A DNA stretch of 64,000 nucleotides from the NCBI GenBank assembly GCA_016874735.1, contig VGTI01000010.1, positions 18,170-82,169 of the forward strand, in the 5' to 3' direction. Positions 56,695 through 64,000 of the stretch are shown in pieces. The stretch is from Deltaproteobacteria bacterium (GTDB taxonomy: Bacteria > Bdellovibrionota_B > Oligoflexia > Oligoflexales > CAIYRB01). The notes beneath the pieces were generated by a model. It ran no database searches and was not told the origin of the DNA. It saw only the letters and a program-made list of their open reading frames with translations. How positions within the stretch are numbered: the first letter of the stretch is position 1; every line of letters starts with the position of its first letter. The position numbers were made by a program, and so were the translations under genes.

Positions 56695-56723
56695 TTGACT
56701 GTGATTCAAATTTCGACGATAAT
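56695..56723 (+). promoter_or_regulatory. Near-consensus sigma70 promoter positioned for a (near-)leaderless ATPase mRNA
   Basis: The sequence reads TTGACT - 17 nt - GATAAT. The -10 element ends 8 nt before the ATG at 56732, and no Shine-Dalgarno is visible. Confidence 0.45.
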
Positions 56724-56731
56724 TTTGAATC

Positions 56732-57895
56732 ATGTTCACGAGAATTATTAACATATCTAAATCACAGAGCTTTTTTCTACTCGGGGCGCGTGGCACCGGT
56801 AAGACCACCTTTCTGCAGCAGTCCTTCAGCAACATCGACTCCCATCAAATCGATCTACTCAGTCACGTCGATCTGGCAGCGCTCGAGGCAAGACCAAGTC
56901 GATTGGCAGACATCGTTGCTAAGCAAAAGAAACAATGGATCATCATCGACGAGATTCAGAAGGTTCCAGCGCTATTAGACGAGGTGCATCGTCTGATCGA
57001 GTCAACGGGCCAGAAATTCGTTCTCACGGGATCGAGTGCCCGAAAATTAAAACGCAACGCAAGCAATATGCTTGCCGGCCGAGCTTTCATGTTTAACCTA
57101 TTTACACTGACTCACGTGGAAATAGGTGACCAGTTTGATCTGGGCGACGCATTATCATACGGAACTTTGCCCAAGGTTTTTTCATTTTCATCACACCGCG
57201 ATAAAGTGCTTTTTCTTAAAGCTTATGCTGAAACCTATTTGAAGGAAGAAATTCTTGTCGAACAATTGATTCGCAAACTGCCGCCGTTTCGGCGTTTTCT
57301 CGAAATCGCTGCAAGTCAGGATACGAAGGTGACAAGTTTCACCAACATCGGTCGCGATATCCTGGTAGATCCGAAAATTGTCTCCAACTATTACTCGATT
57401 CTGGAGGAAACTCTGCTTGGATTCAGCCTCCAGCCATATGATACGGCGATACGTAAGAGACAGAAAAGGACACCTAAATTCTACTGGTTTGATACAGGTG
57501 TGCGCCGGGCATTGGCGGGCACTGTTGATGATCCCGCACGACCGCAGTCATTTGAATATGGGTCGCTATTCGAATCGTTTATTGTGAACGAAGTTTTTCG
57601 TCTTTTGAAGTATGCCGAGCGATCCTTCCGTCTGTCCTTCCTGCGAATCGATGAGAAAATGGAAATTGATTTGATCATCGAGCGCAACGGCATGAAAACC
57701 TTTCTTGTTGAAATTAAGAGCACAGACATGGCTCACGAAGGGCATGTTGAAGCTCTCCGCAAACTTTCTGGATCCTTCAAAAACTCAGTGTCGTTACTCA
57801 TATCGCGGGATCCAATCTGTAAAATCATTGACGGCGTCCACTGCCTGCCTTGGCAGCAAGGTATACAGGAGATCCTGGCTGGTACGCTCTCTTGA
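56732..57895 (+). CDS. AAA+ ATPase of the DUF4143/COG1373 family
   Basis: Walker A is GARGTGKTT and Walker B is WIIIDEIQ. The C-terminal part is DUF4143-like. The gene and its upstream region are visibly AT-richer than the flanks. Confidence 0.85.
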   Translation: MFTRIINISKSQSFFLLGARGTGKTTFLQQSFSNIDSHQIDLLSHVDLAALEARPSRLADIVAKQKKQWIIIDEIQKVPALLDEVHRLIESTGQKFVLTGSSARKLKRNASNMLAGRAFMFNLFTLTHVEIGDQFDLGDALSYGTLPKVFSFSSHRDKVLFLKAYAETYLKEEILVEQLIRKLPPFRRFLEIAASQDTKVTSFTNIGRDILVDPKIVSNYYSILEETLLGFSLQPYDTAIRKRQKRTPKFYWFDTGVRRALAGTVDDPARPQSFEYGSLFESFIVNEVFRLLKYAERSFRLSFLRIDEKMEIDLIIERNGMKTFLVEIKSTDMAHEGHVEALRKLSGSFKNSVSLLISRDPICKIIDGVHCLPWQQGIQEILAGTLS

Positions 57896-58000
57896 GATAG
57901 TAATCTGTAATGGCTGATGGTAGGACAATCTAAGATTATCATCTGATCAGGGACCTCTATTGGAACAACTACATCAGCGTGGATATTGATTTTGAGAAAC

Positions 58001-58027
58001 AAGTGGTGGAGCATAACCCCACCACTT
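58001..58027. terminator. Bidirectional terminator-like hairpin between convergent genes
   Basis: It has a perfect 9-bp stem AAGTGGTGG / CCACCACTT with a 9-nt loop. No strong U-tract is present. Confidence 0.5.
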
Positions 58028-58037
58028 TGACGGGACA

Positions 58038-60893
58038 CTATTTGGCCTGACCAGTACGGAAGGTGGCTTCGGCGACTGAATCGACATAACCTACGCCGTC
58101 CCAGGTTGGTATGGGGCTTGGCATGAGGAGCACTTGACCCGGCTTTTCCAGATCCCAGCGTACAAGCATAGCGTGGTCTTCGTGGGTGGTGTTGTGGCAG
58201 TGCTCGACGTAGGATCCTGAGAATTCACGGAACCGGTAGGCAACGTTTACTTCTGACGAGGAGTCCACTTCGTGACCAATGCGGAACATGTCTTTGCGTG
58301 CAAACTGCTCCCAGACTGGCGGTCGTTTGCCGTCGCGGTCCAGTATTTTACCCTCCTCAAAGTGGACATGGACGGGATGGCTCCAACCACCAACACCACC
58401 TTTGATGTGCCAGATCTCAACACGAGCCTGTCCATTATCAGTCAGGTCGCCGAGATTAGACGCAGCCGAGATGCGGCGTGTATCTGCAATATAAGCGGAA
58501 GCACCGTCAGTTTTGACTGTCCACGGCGCTGCGTCCGTGCCTGAAGAGCGAGCAAAGTCGAAAGTACGATGGCGTGCAGTTGCTAGTTCTTGTGCAGTGA
58601 AGGTGGGCATGGGCAACATCTTGAGCGAAGTGCCACGCAGTCCGTTGCGGTTACCAGCGACGTAGTTTGCTGGATCCATACTGAGATCGTCACAAGCTGT
58701 GGTCACGCCTGTCGGTGACTTGCAGGCTACCACGTCGAGGCGCAGGAATGTACCTACTGTGGGATCGCCGTCACGCCACCTAGTTGCCGTGCGCACTGCC
58801 TTGTACCTTTGATTCAGTACAGAAGCTAGTGGGATGTACTTCTCCGGGCGGCGGCCACTCTTATGCTCGAGTAAGTTTACGAAATAGAGCTTATCACCGG
58901 GGCGGATATTATTTTTGCCAAAGTCGACGACAATGTCATAGCGCTCAGCGATCGACTGTGTGGGCAGAACGCCCCGTTCGGTTCCCAAGGTGCCATCGAG
59001 AGCTACAGCATGTTCCATGATATTGCCGTCATTGGCCACGAGGTGAAAAGGCACACGTTCGTAGGACACAGTGCTACCGGCAGGTCCCTTGAGGGCGCCG
59101 CTGGTGCCGCGAACTTCGCGAACTAACGCCAACTTCAGGTATCGTGCCACCGATCCATTGAGGATACGGAAGCGATAGCGGCGCGCCCTAACTTCGAATC
59201 GTGGCTTATACTGGAAATTGGTCAATAGATTGTCACCGAGGAATCCGTCCACATTGAATGGGTTCATCCATAACTGTCCCTCGCGATCCCAGGCTTTGTC
59301 GCCAATGACGAGGTTGATGTCGTAGTCACGGTTGCCCCATGGCAGTCCGGAGCCACTAGGCAGACGTAAGTTTACCCCGTCGTTGATCTTTTCGTTGCCG
59401 CGGTCGATGGCACTGTAGTAGTTCATCATGGCAGCGTTGCCTTTGTAGACATTCTGCGAGGTGAAGTCGATCATGTGATCGTGAAACCAATGCGTGGACA
59501 TAGTCTCACGGTAATCGCCGCGGACGCGGATGGTTCCCAGGAGGCCCTTGGGGTCCTTGCTGACGTCACAGCTAACTAGCTGTGCTCCCGTCTTGCGCTG
59601 GACCCGCATGATCTCACCCTTTTTGCATGGCGTGGCGGCAAGAGGCTCAGTAGCATCACGGTTGATAGTGTCGTGTCCCGCTAGCGCGATCGGCCATCTG
59701 TAGTCAAAAAATTGTCCCGGGAAGAAGAAGGCACCTGCGTAGCCGTCGCTTTCGGCCGGGTTATGACCATTGTGCTCATGCGTAGATAGGGTGTGCAGAC
59801 CAAATCCGGCATTAGCCGACACGTCGATGGGCAGAGCGTTATAGTGGCGCATCAAGACCGGTTCGCCGTAGCGGACCATCAACAGTTTGAGTGGGAACGT
59901 GCCGTCAAAAGTCCACAGACTCTTATAGTTTTGCACGGGCATCAGCGGATGGATTTGCGGACGAATGCCCGCCGTTGTGCCGTTAAAACCAGCTAGGCCT
60001 GTGGTGTTATGGTAGAGACCGCCAGGTGCAAATTCGCCGGTGGCGTAACCGTGCATTTGTTTTTTGTCACGGAGGCCTAGGTTGACCCTAGCGCCAGCCT
60101 GCGCCGTCTTAAACGATTTAACCGGGAAGAACTCGTTCCACCGTTGATGCGCCCAACCATCACCCTCGGGGCGCCCCTCGATGGGGCCGGCCTTGGTGCA
60201 GTCAGTCCGACCTAGGTAACCGCAGATGAGGTTCCACCAGGGATTGGGGGCGTTGGTATTGGCAAGTCTCGAGGGAAAGGGGTAGAGCCCCGCAGTGCCA
60301 AGGAAGCTATCAAGCTCAGCGCCACTTGGAACACTCTGCGTGGCGACTGGACCAAGCTCGGGGTTGCCTGGATTTGTTGTGGCCACTGGCTGCGGTAATT
60401 GGCTCGTCGCCGTTGATCCTTGTAAGGCCTCTGTGCCAAATTCCTCGAACCTCAGCATCTTTTGTGTAAATGGCTGAGCACCAAAGAGAGGACTAGGAGA
60501 CCCCCCAGATGGGATGTCGAAGCTATTCTCACCCGTCAGAGTGCCCGACTTCAGCGACTGGGATACGTCGGCTCTGGTCCCTGTAGCTCCACCTTCGATA
60601 GCGGCCTCGTAGATGTGAAATCCATCGTCTAGATCGACAGCGTCGCCACCGATGGCGCCTGCAGTCAGACGTGACTTATCTGTCGGATTCGCAGCGACTG
60701 GAAATTTTAGCGCCTCAGTGAGAAAGCCGCCGGTAAAGGAGGCCACACAGGTGCCTGGTTCCGCACCGGGACAAATCAAGTTTAAGACGAGATTTGTCGC
60801 GCTGCGAGCGTTTGTACTTAGTAGGCCTCCGGTGATAAGGGTTGTGATTAGGGCTAAGAGCCAGGATTTGTGATGGTGTCGTTTCGTTTTCAT
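58038..60893 (-). CDS. Expanded CotA/bilirubin-oxidase-type multicopper oxidase
   Basis: The four Cu motifs are THEHNGH..ESDG, HWFHDH, HPVHVH and HCHNTTHEDHAM. I prefer the ATG at 60893 (AGGAG 8 nt upstream), which gives a Sec-type signal MKTKRHHHKSWLLALITTLITGGLLS. Confidence 0.85.
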   Translation of the reverse strand: MKTKRHHHKSWLLALITTLITGGLLSTNARSATNLVLNLICPGAEPGTCVASFTGGFLTEALKFPVAANPTDKSRLTAGAIGGDAVDLDDGFHIYEAAIEGGATGTRADVSQSLKSGTLTGENSFDIPSGGSPSPLFGAQPFTQKMLRFEEFGTEALQGSTATSQLPQPVATTNPGNPELGPVATQSVPSGAELDSFLGTAGLYPFPSRLANTNAPNPWWNLICGYLGRTDCTKAGPIEGRPEGDGWAHQRWNEFFPVKSFKTAQAGARVNLGLRDKKQMHGYATGEFAPGGLYHNTTGLAGFNGTTAGIRPQIHPLMPVQNYKSLWTFDGTFPLKLLMVRYGEPVLMRHYNALPIDVSANAGFGLHTLSTHEHNGHNPAESDGYAGAFFFPGQFFDYRWPIALAGHDTINRDATEPLAATPCKKGEIMRVQRKTGAQLVSCDVSKDPKGLLGTIRVRGDYRETMSTHWFHDHMIDFTSQNVYKGNAAMMNYYSAIDRGNEKINDGVNLRLPSGSGLPWGNRDYDINLVIGDKAWDREGQLWMNPFNVDGFLGDNLLTNFQYKPRFEVRARRYRFRILNGSVARYLKLALVREVRGTSGALKGPAGSTVSYERVPFHLVANDGNIMEHAVALDGTLGTERGVLPTQSIAERYDIVVDFGKNNIRPGDKLYFVNLLEHKSGRRPEKYIPLASVLNQRYKAVRTATRWRDGDPTVGTFLRLDVVACKSPTGVTTACDDLSMDPANYVAGNRNGLRGTSLKMLPMPTFTAQELATARHRTFDFARSSGTDAAPWTVKTDGASAYIADTRRISAASNLGDLTDNGQARVEIWHIKGGVGGWSHPVHVHFEEGKILDRDGKRPPVWEQFARKDMFRIGHEVDSSSEVNVAYRFREFSGSYVEHCHNTTHEDHAMLVRWDLEKPGQVLLMPSPIPTWDGVGYVDSVAEATFRTGQAK

Positions 60894-60943
60894 GTCTTTT
60901 CTCCTCTGCATGGAAATTCAGGTTTAGGGGAACAACTCAGCGT

Positions 60944-61957
60944 CTATCGGGTCTGAGCAGCACTGCTGCTTTCGCTGTCAATGAATTGAATTATTTGCTC
61001 AATGGCGCCGTCGTCTAGCTTGAGATTCGGCATATTGATGCCGTTGAACCGAGTTAGTAACTCCGTGGCGACTGGGTCCTTTTCGTGGAGCATGACGTCG
61101 GGCTCATTGATCCAGCGTCTGAGCCAGGCGCCATCACGCTTTTTCGAGACGTCTTTTAGATCGGGACCGATACTGTCACCCTGACCTATGGTGTGGCAGT
61201 CAGCACAACGACTGTAGAACAGTTTTTCGCCCGGACTTACCGCGGTCAGTTTCACTGGTGCTTTACTGTAACTAGCCAGGTCTAGTGGCTGTGCCTGACG
61301 GGGATGCAGTTGTTGCAAGATCGTGGCTAAAATCTGCGCGTTCTCGAGATGAGACCGTTTAATCCATTGGCCGGTTGCTTGATTGCCGACAATCAAGTTG
61401 AGGCTGTGACCTTCTTTAGAGTCCTTTGACGCGGGGTTCAGCTGATCGACAAAAAGGCCGAGCTTCTTCTGCAACAGTGTCACAGATTCCTCGTCACCTG
61501 TGAGAAAGTCCCAGCCCTCGCCGATTTTAAAACGCTGACGGTAGGATTTAAGGACCTCTGGAGTGTCGTTGTCAGGATCAATGGATATGGAGTAAAAGTA
61601 GATGTCTTTACCCATACGATCCTTTAAAAGGTCGTAAACTTTGCGGAGGCGTGCTGTCTCAAGGGGACACGATAGTTTGCATGTCGTGTAAACAAAATTA
61701 ATTAAGACAACCTTGCCCGCAACCATGTCGTCGAAGAAGTGTCTGGTCACTCCATCCTGATTCGTCAGCGCGACATTGGGGAAGTATGATGCACCTATAA
61801 ACTTTTGGGTGTCGTTACCTGGACTAGTTGTCGCTAGGCGCATCGTTGCCATGCGTGCTAGCGAGACGCTACCGGCCACGGATGCTGTTAGTAGTGCGGC
61901 GATGATGCTAAGGGACTTGAGTGAGGGGCGGAAACGGGACATCGGATTCATGGGCAA
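60944..61957 (-). CDS. SCO1/SenC copper chaperone fused to a c-type cytochrome domain
   Basis: It has a signal peptide, CKLSCP (SCO CxxxC), and C-terminal CADCH heme-binding with a downstream INMP Met. Confidence 0.85.
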   Translation of the reverse strand: MPMNPMSRFRPSLKSLSIIAALLTASVAGSVSLARMATMRLATTSPGNDTQKFIGASYFPNVALTNQDGVTRHFFDDMVAGKVVLINFVYTTCKLSCPLETARLRKVYDLLKDRMGKDIYFYSISIDPDNDTPEVLKSYRQRFKIGEGWDFLTGDEESVTLLQKKLGLFVDQLNPASKDSKEGHSLNLIVGNQATGQWIKRSHLENAQILATILQQLHPRQAQPLDLASYSKAPVKLTAVSPGEKLFYSRCADCHTIGQGDSIGPDLKDVSKKRDGAWLRRWINEPDVMLHEKDPVATELLTRFNGINMPNLKLDDGAIEQIIQFIDSESSSAAQTR

Positions 61958-61994
61958 GCCTTTCGCGTAGGAGTTAGTTCAGTTCAGGTCAGGT

Positions 61995-62010
61995 GGAGCT
62001 AATTAGTTCC
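61995..62010. promoter_or_regulatory. 16-bp near-palindrome upstream of the SCO/MCO operon (candidate operator)
   Basis: GGAGCTAATTAGTTCC is self-complementary except for one symmetric position. It lies about 40 nt upstream of the SCO start. Confidence 0.3.
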
Positions 62011-62429
62011 TTTTTTAAGAAACTATATGTTCTATAAAGCAAGGCGCATTCCAACGTCCTGGCACAGGATTAGGGGCTTGGTAGGTTTAAGTAATCAATG
62101 GAGTATTGTTTGGTCGGGCATGCTCGCCGGCGTATGACTTGGAACGTACTAGCGCATAGCCTGTAAACAACTTAATGGTTTGTGAGCCGGGTGCTTGATG
62201 TCGCTAACCCACCCGGAACACATAAGTTTACATCGCAGTGACTAGTTGGTGGCCAGGGGGTGTCTACAAGTTGGACGCGCCGGGTCTATATATAGGCAGT
62301 GATTTTGGCTAGATATTTTGCATGTGCGCTGGTCAGTCCCGGCGAACTAAAGTGACGAAAGGAACTGATAAAATCATGAATTTATGGGTTCCGGTCCGTG
62401 CCGCGTTTAGGATCTACGCAAAACGGATT

Positions 62430-62993
62430 TCAAATTGTCCCACCGTCAGTGATGGTCCAGCCTTTTGCACCGGTGAGTGTGGCCCGTGCAGACGCGCTGG
62501 CGGCTGTGTAGACACTGGTGCCGGCATTAAACGTATTGCTCATATCTGTGACCGAGTGCGTATCCCAGCTTGATATATCCTGGTTGAATAAGAAGGCGAG
62601 GCCAAACATATTTTGGGTCGTGGTGACGCGGCTAGTGTTCCAGTTCGCTAGGTTGCTGTTAAATAAGTAAGAGTTTACGAACATGGAGCTCATATTGGTG
62701 ATGAGGCGCGTGTCCCAGGAGTTAAGGCTCTGATTAAATATCGTAGCGGCTACGAACATGGCAGCTGTATTGGTGACTTTAGATGTGTTCCAGTTGTTGA
62801 TGTTTTGGTTAAAGTTCCTTGCGGCGTAGAACATTGAGTTCATATAAGTTACATTAGCTGTGTTCCAAGTCGTGATGTTGCCGTTGAAATTGTAGGCACG
62901 GTCGAACATGGAGGACATATTACTAACTAGCTGGGTGTTCCAACTGTTCAGATTCTGATTAAAGTTTACGGCCGAGCCGAACATGCCTGACAT
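62430..62993 (-). pseudogene. BspA/DUF285-type repeat protein, 5'-truncated remnant
   Basis: About 7 tandem roughly 25-aa repeats are present (FNQNLNSWNTxxVTNMSSMF). The ORF begins inside a repeat with no signal peptide. Upstream sequence continues repeat-like (..VFAMFAAGIP*) but is broken by stops and frame changes. Confidence 0.6.
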
Positions 62994-63263
62994 ATTACGT
63001 ACCTTCTCGGTCTAAGGTATCCCCGCGGCAAACATTGCAAAAACTCGGGAATGTCCGTCAAATCAGTATTTACTCCCAATGCCCTATGGGAATGGGATGG
63101 TACACAGCTCAACATGACGGTAAATGGCGTGCGCCACACCTTTTGCTGGTATGCCTTTTGTGACCAGCACAATACGTTACTCGTAGGGTCGAGCGTCGCC
63201 GGTGCCGACGTGTCCTACTTCCTGCCTTATCCCTGGTGCCGGTAACTGCCGTCACTTCAAAGT

Positions 63264-63303
63264 TGTGTGTACATAATCGTAAATTTTGTGTACGTTGTAC
63301 ACT
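63264..63303 (+). promoter_or_regulatory. Candidate operator repeats upstream of brnT
   Basis: TGTGTAC occurs twice, 21 nt apart. The second copy is part of a perfect inverted repeat GTGTAC-gtt-GTACAC (63289..63303). Confidence 0.4.
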
Positions 63304-63348
63304 GATACAGCGTCATCGGCCATTTTTGGTACACGGTGGATAATTAGC

Positions 63349-63594
63349 TTGAAATTCCGATGGGACAAAAAGAAAAACCGCGAACTCGTTGCTCGAGGAC
63401 GTCCAAGTTTTGAGGAGGTGGTTGAGGCGCTAGCCAGCAACCCACTTATGTTCGATGACCGTAATCCGGGGCATGCTGGCCAAAGAATTTTTGTGGTGGA
63501 AATTAATGGCTACCCTCATGTCATACCCTACGAAGTTCGCGGTGAAGTTTATTGGCTCATCACCGTATTCCCATCCAGAAAGTATAAGAGGTAG
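63349..63594 (+). CDS. brnT: BrnT-family (DUF497) toxin
   Basis: (M)KFRWDKKKNRELVARGRPSFEEVVEAL follows the BrnT N-terminal pattern. I prefer the TTG at 63349 (GGTGGA upstream) over the TTG at 63286, which would run through the operator-like repeats. Confidence 0.75.
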   Translation: MKFRWDKKKNRELVARGRPSFEEVVEALASNPLMFDDRNPGHAGQRIFVVEINGYPHVIPYEVRGEVYWLITVFPSRKYKR

Positions 63595-63597
63595 TTA

Positions 63598-63951
63598 ATG
63601 GTTAAGAATCAAAAACTCAAGAAAAACGAACTTGATGCTTATGAGCAAAGTATCGAGGATGCTATTGACTACAAAAAGTTAAAGCGTCCTTCGGCAGCAA
63701 AGCAAAAAAAAGTGCGAGTAGCCGCCAAGACTAAGTTACGAGAGCTAAAAATTGCTCGGGCAAATATCCGGATGAGAGAAGACGATCTTGAGGCTATTTG
63801 CATCATGGCCGAACAGGCTGGAATGCCATACCAAACGCTTATTAACCACATCATTCATCTTTATGTGACGGGACAACTTATCAATAGTCAGGAAGTCAAG
63901 AAAATGGTGGATGCAGGCATTTTTGTAAAGCGCAAGGCTAGTAATAGCTGA
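63598..63951 (+). CDS. brnA: BrnA-type antitoxin (RHH/CopG-like C-terminus)
   Basis: NIRMREDDLEAICIMAEQAGMPYQTLINHIIHLYV follows the BrnA pattern. The ATG lies 3 nt after the toxin stop, with AAGAGG upstream. Confidence 0.8.
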   Translation: MVKNQKLKKNELDAYEQSIEDAIDYKKLKRPSAAKQKKVRVAAKTKLRELKIARANIRMREDDLEAICIMAEQAGMPYQTLINHIIHLYVTGQLINSQEVKKMVDAGIFVKRKASNS

Positions 63952-64000
63952 TATCCGATTAGTGCCGCTTACCTTGAGCAGCCGTCTTAAATGTGGATAA

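Noticed and set aside
60893-60911. MQRRKDM at the longest start of the oxidase, as a possible twin-arginine signal.
   Set aside because: The RR is 12 residues from the hydrophobic core and lacks the S/T-RR-x-F-L-K context. An AGGAG RBS inside these codons favours the ATG at 60893, which gives a Sec-type signal.
63051-63245. A 64-aa plus-strand ORF and the 68-aa minus-strand ORF (62966..63172), in the gap before brnT.
   Set aside because: Neither has an RBS or recognisable motifs. The region is better explained as the degraded 5' part of the DUF285 gene.

Overview
This is a 64-kb chromosomal segment from a Gram-negative bacterium, moderately GC-rich by eye. I call about 50 protein-coding genes. 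I found no rRNA, tRNA, CRISPR array, transposase or integrase.

Lineage: at least 10 proteins carry lipoprotein signal peptides. Together with a giant adhesin and large multidomain signalling proteins, this fits a Bdellovibrionota/Oligoflexia- or Myxococcota-like organism. That lineage guess is weak inference only.

Layout, left to right:
- An LRR lipoprotein operon lies divergent from a 2.4k-aa surface lipoprotein.
- rimB-rimK, an MFS transporter and an unknown gene follow.
- Next is a membrane SpoIIE/PP2C phosphatase split at an A7 tract.
- Then come housekeeping genes: fasciclin, thiL and gluQ.
- A peptidoglycan cluster follows: NlpC/P60, murI, an LpoA-like lipoprotein and PBP1A.
- A pseudo-receiver GGDEF protein, an SDR, a lipocalin and two orphan lipoproteins come next.
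- An 11-kb co-directional minus-strand block runs from a roughly 1860-aa Ser/Thr kinase-STAND protein through tatA and two overlapping ArsA/Get3-like ATPases to mlaE-mlaF and a long MlaD.
- After it come pyk, fur, a tail-anchored duplicated REC-like/PilZ-like protein, prc, and DCC plus a DUF455-ATP-grasp fusion.
- The right end is more accessory. It holds a low-GC DUF4143 ATPase gene, an expanded CotA-type multicopper oxidase with a SCO-cytochrome c partner, a decayed DUF285 repeat gene, and a BrnT/BrnA toxin-antitoxin pair.

Best candidates for something undescribed:
- the tatA / ArsA-like pair / Mla block, with its extended MCE protein
- the giant kinase with a pseudo-phosphatase tail
- the homopolymer-split phosphatase
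- the DUF455-ATP-grasp fusion
- the Cys-loop propeller of the giant lipoprotein

All family calls come from motif recognition by eye. No database search was run.
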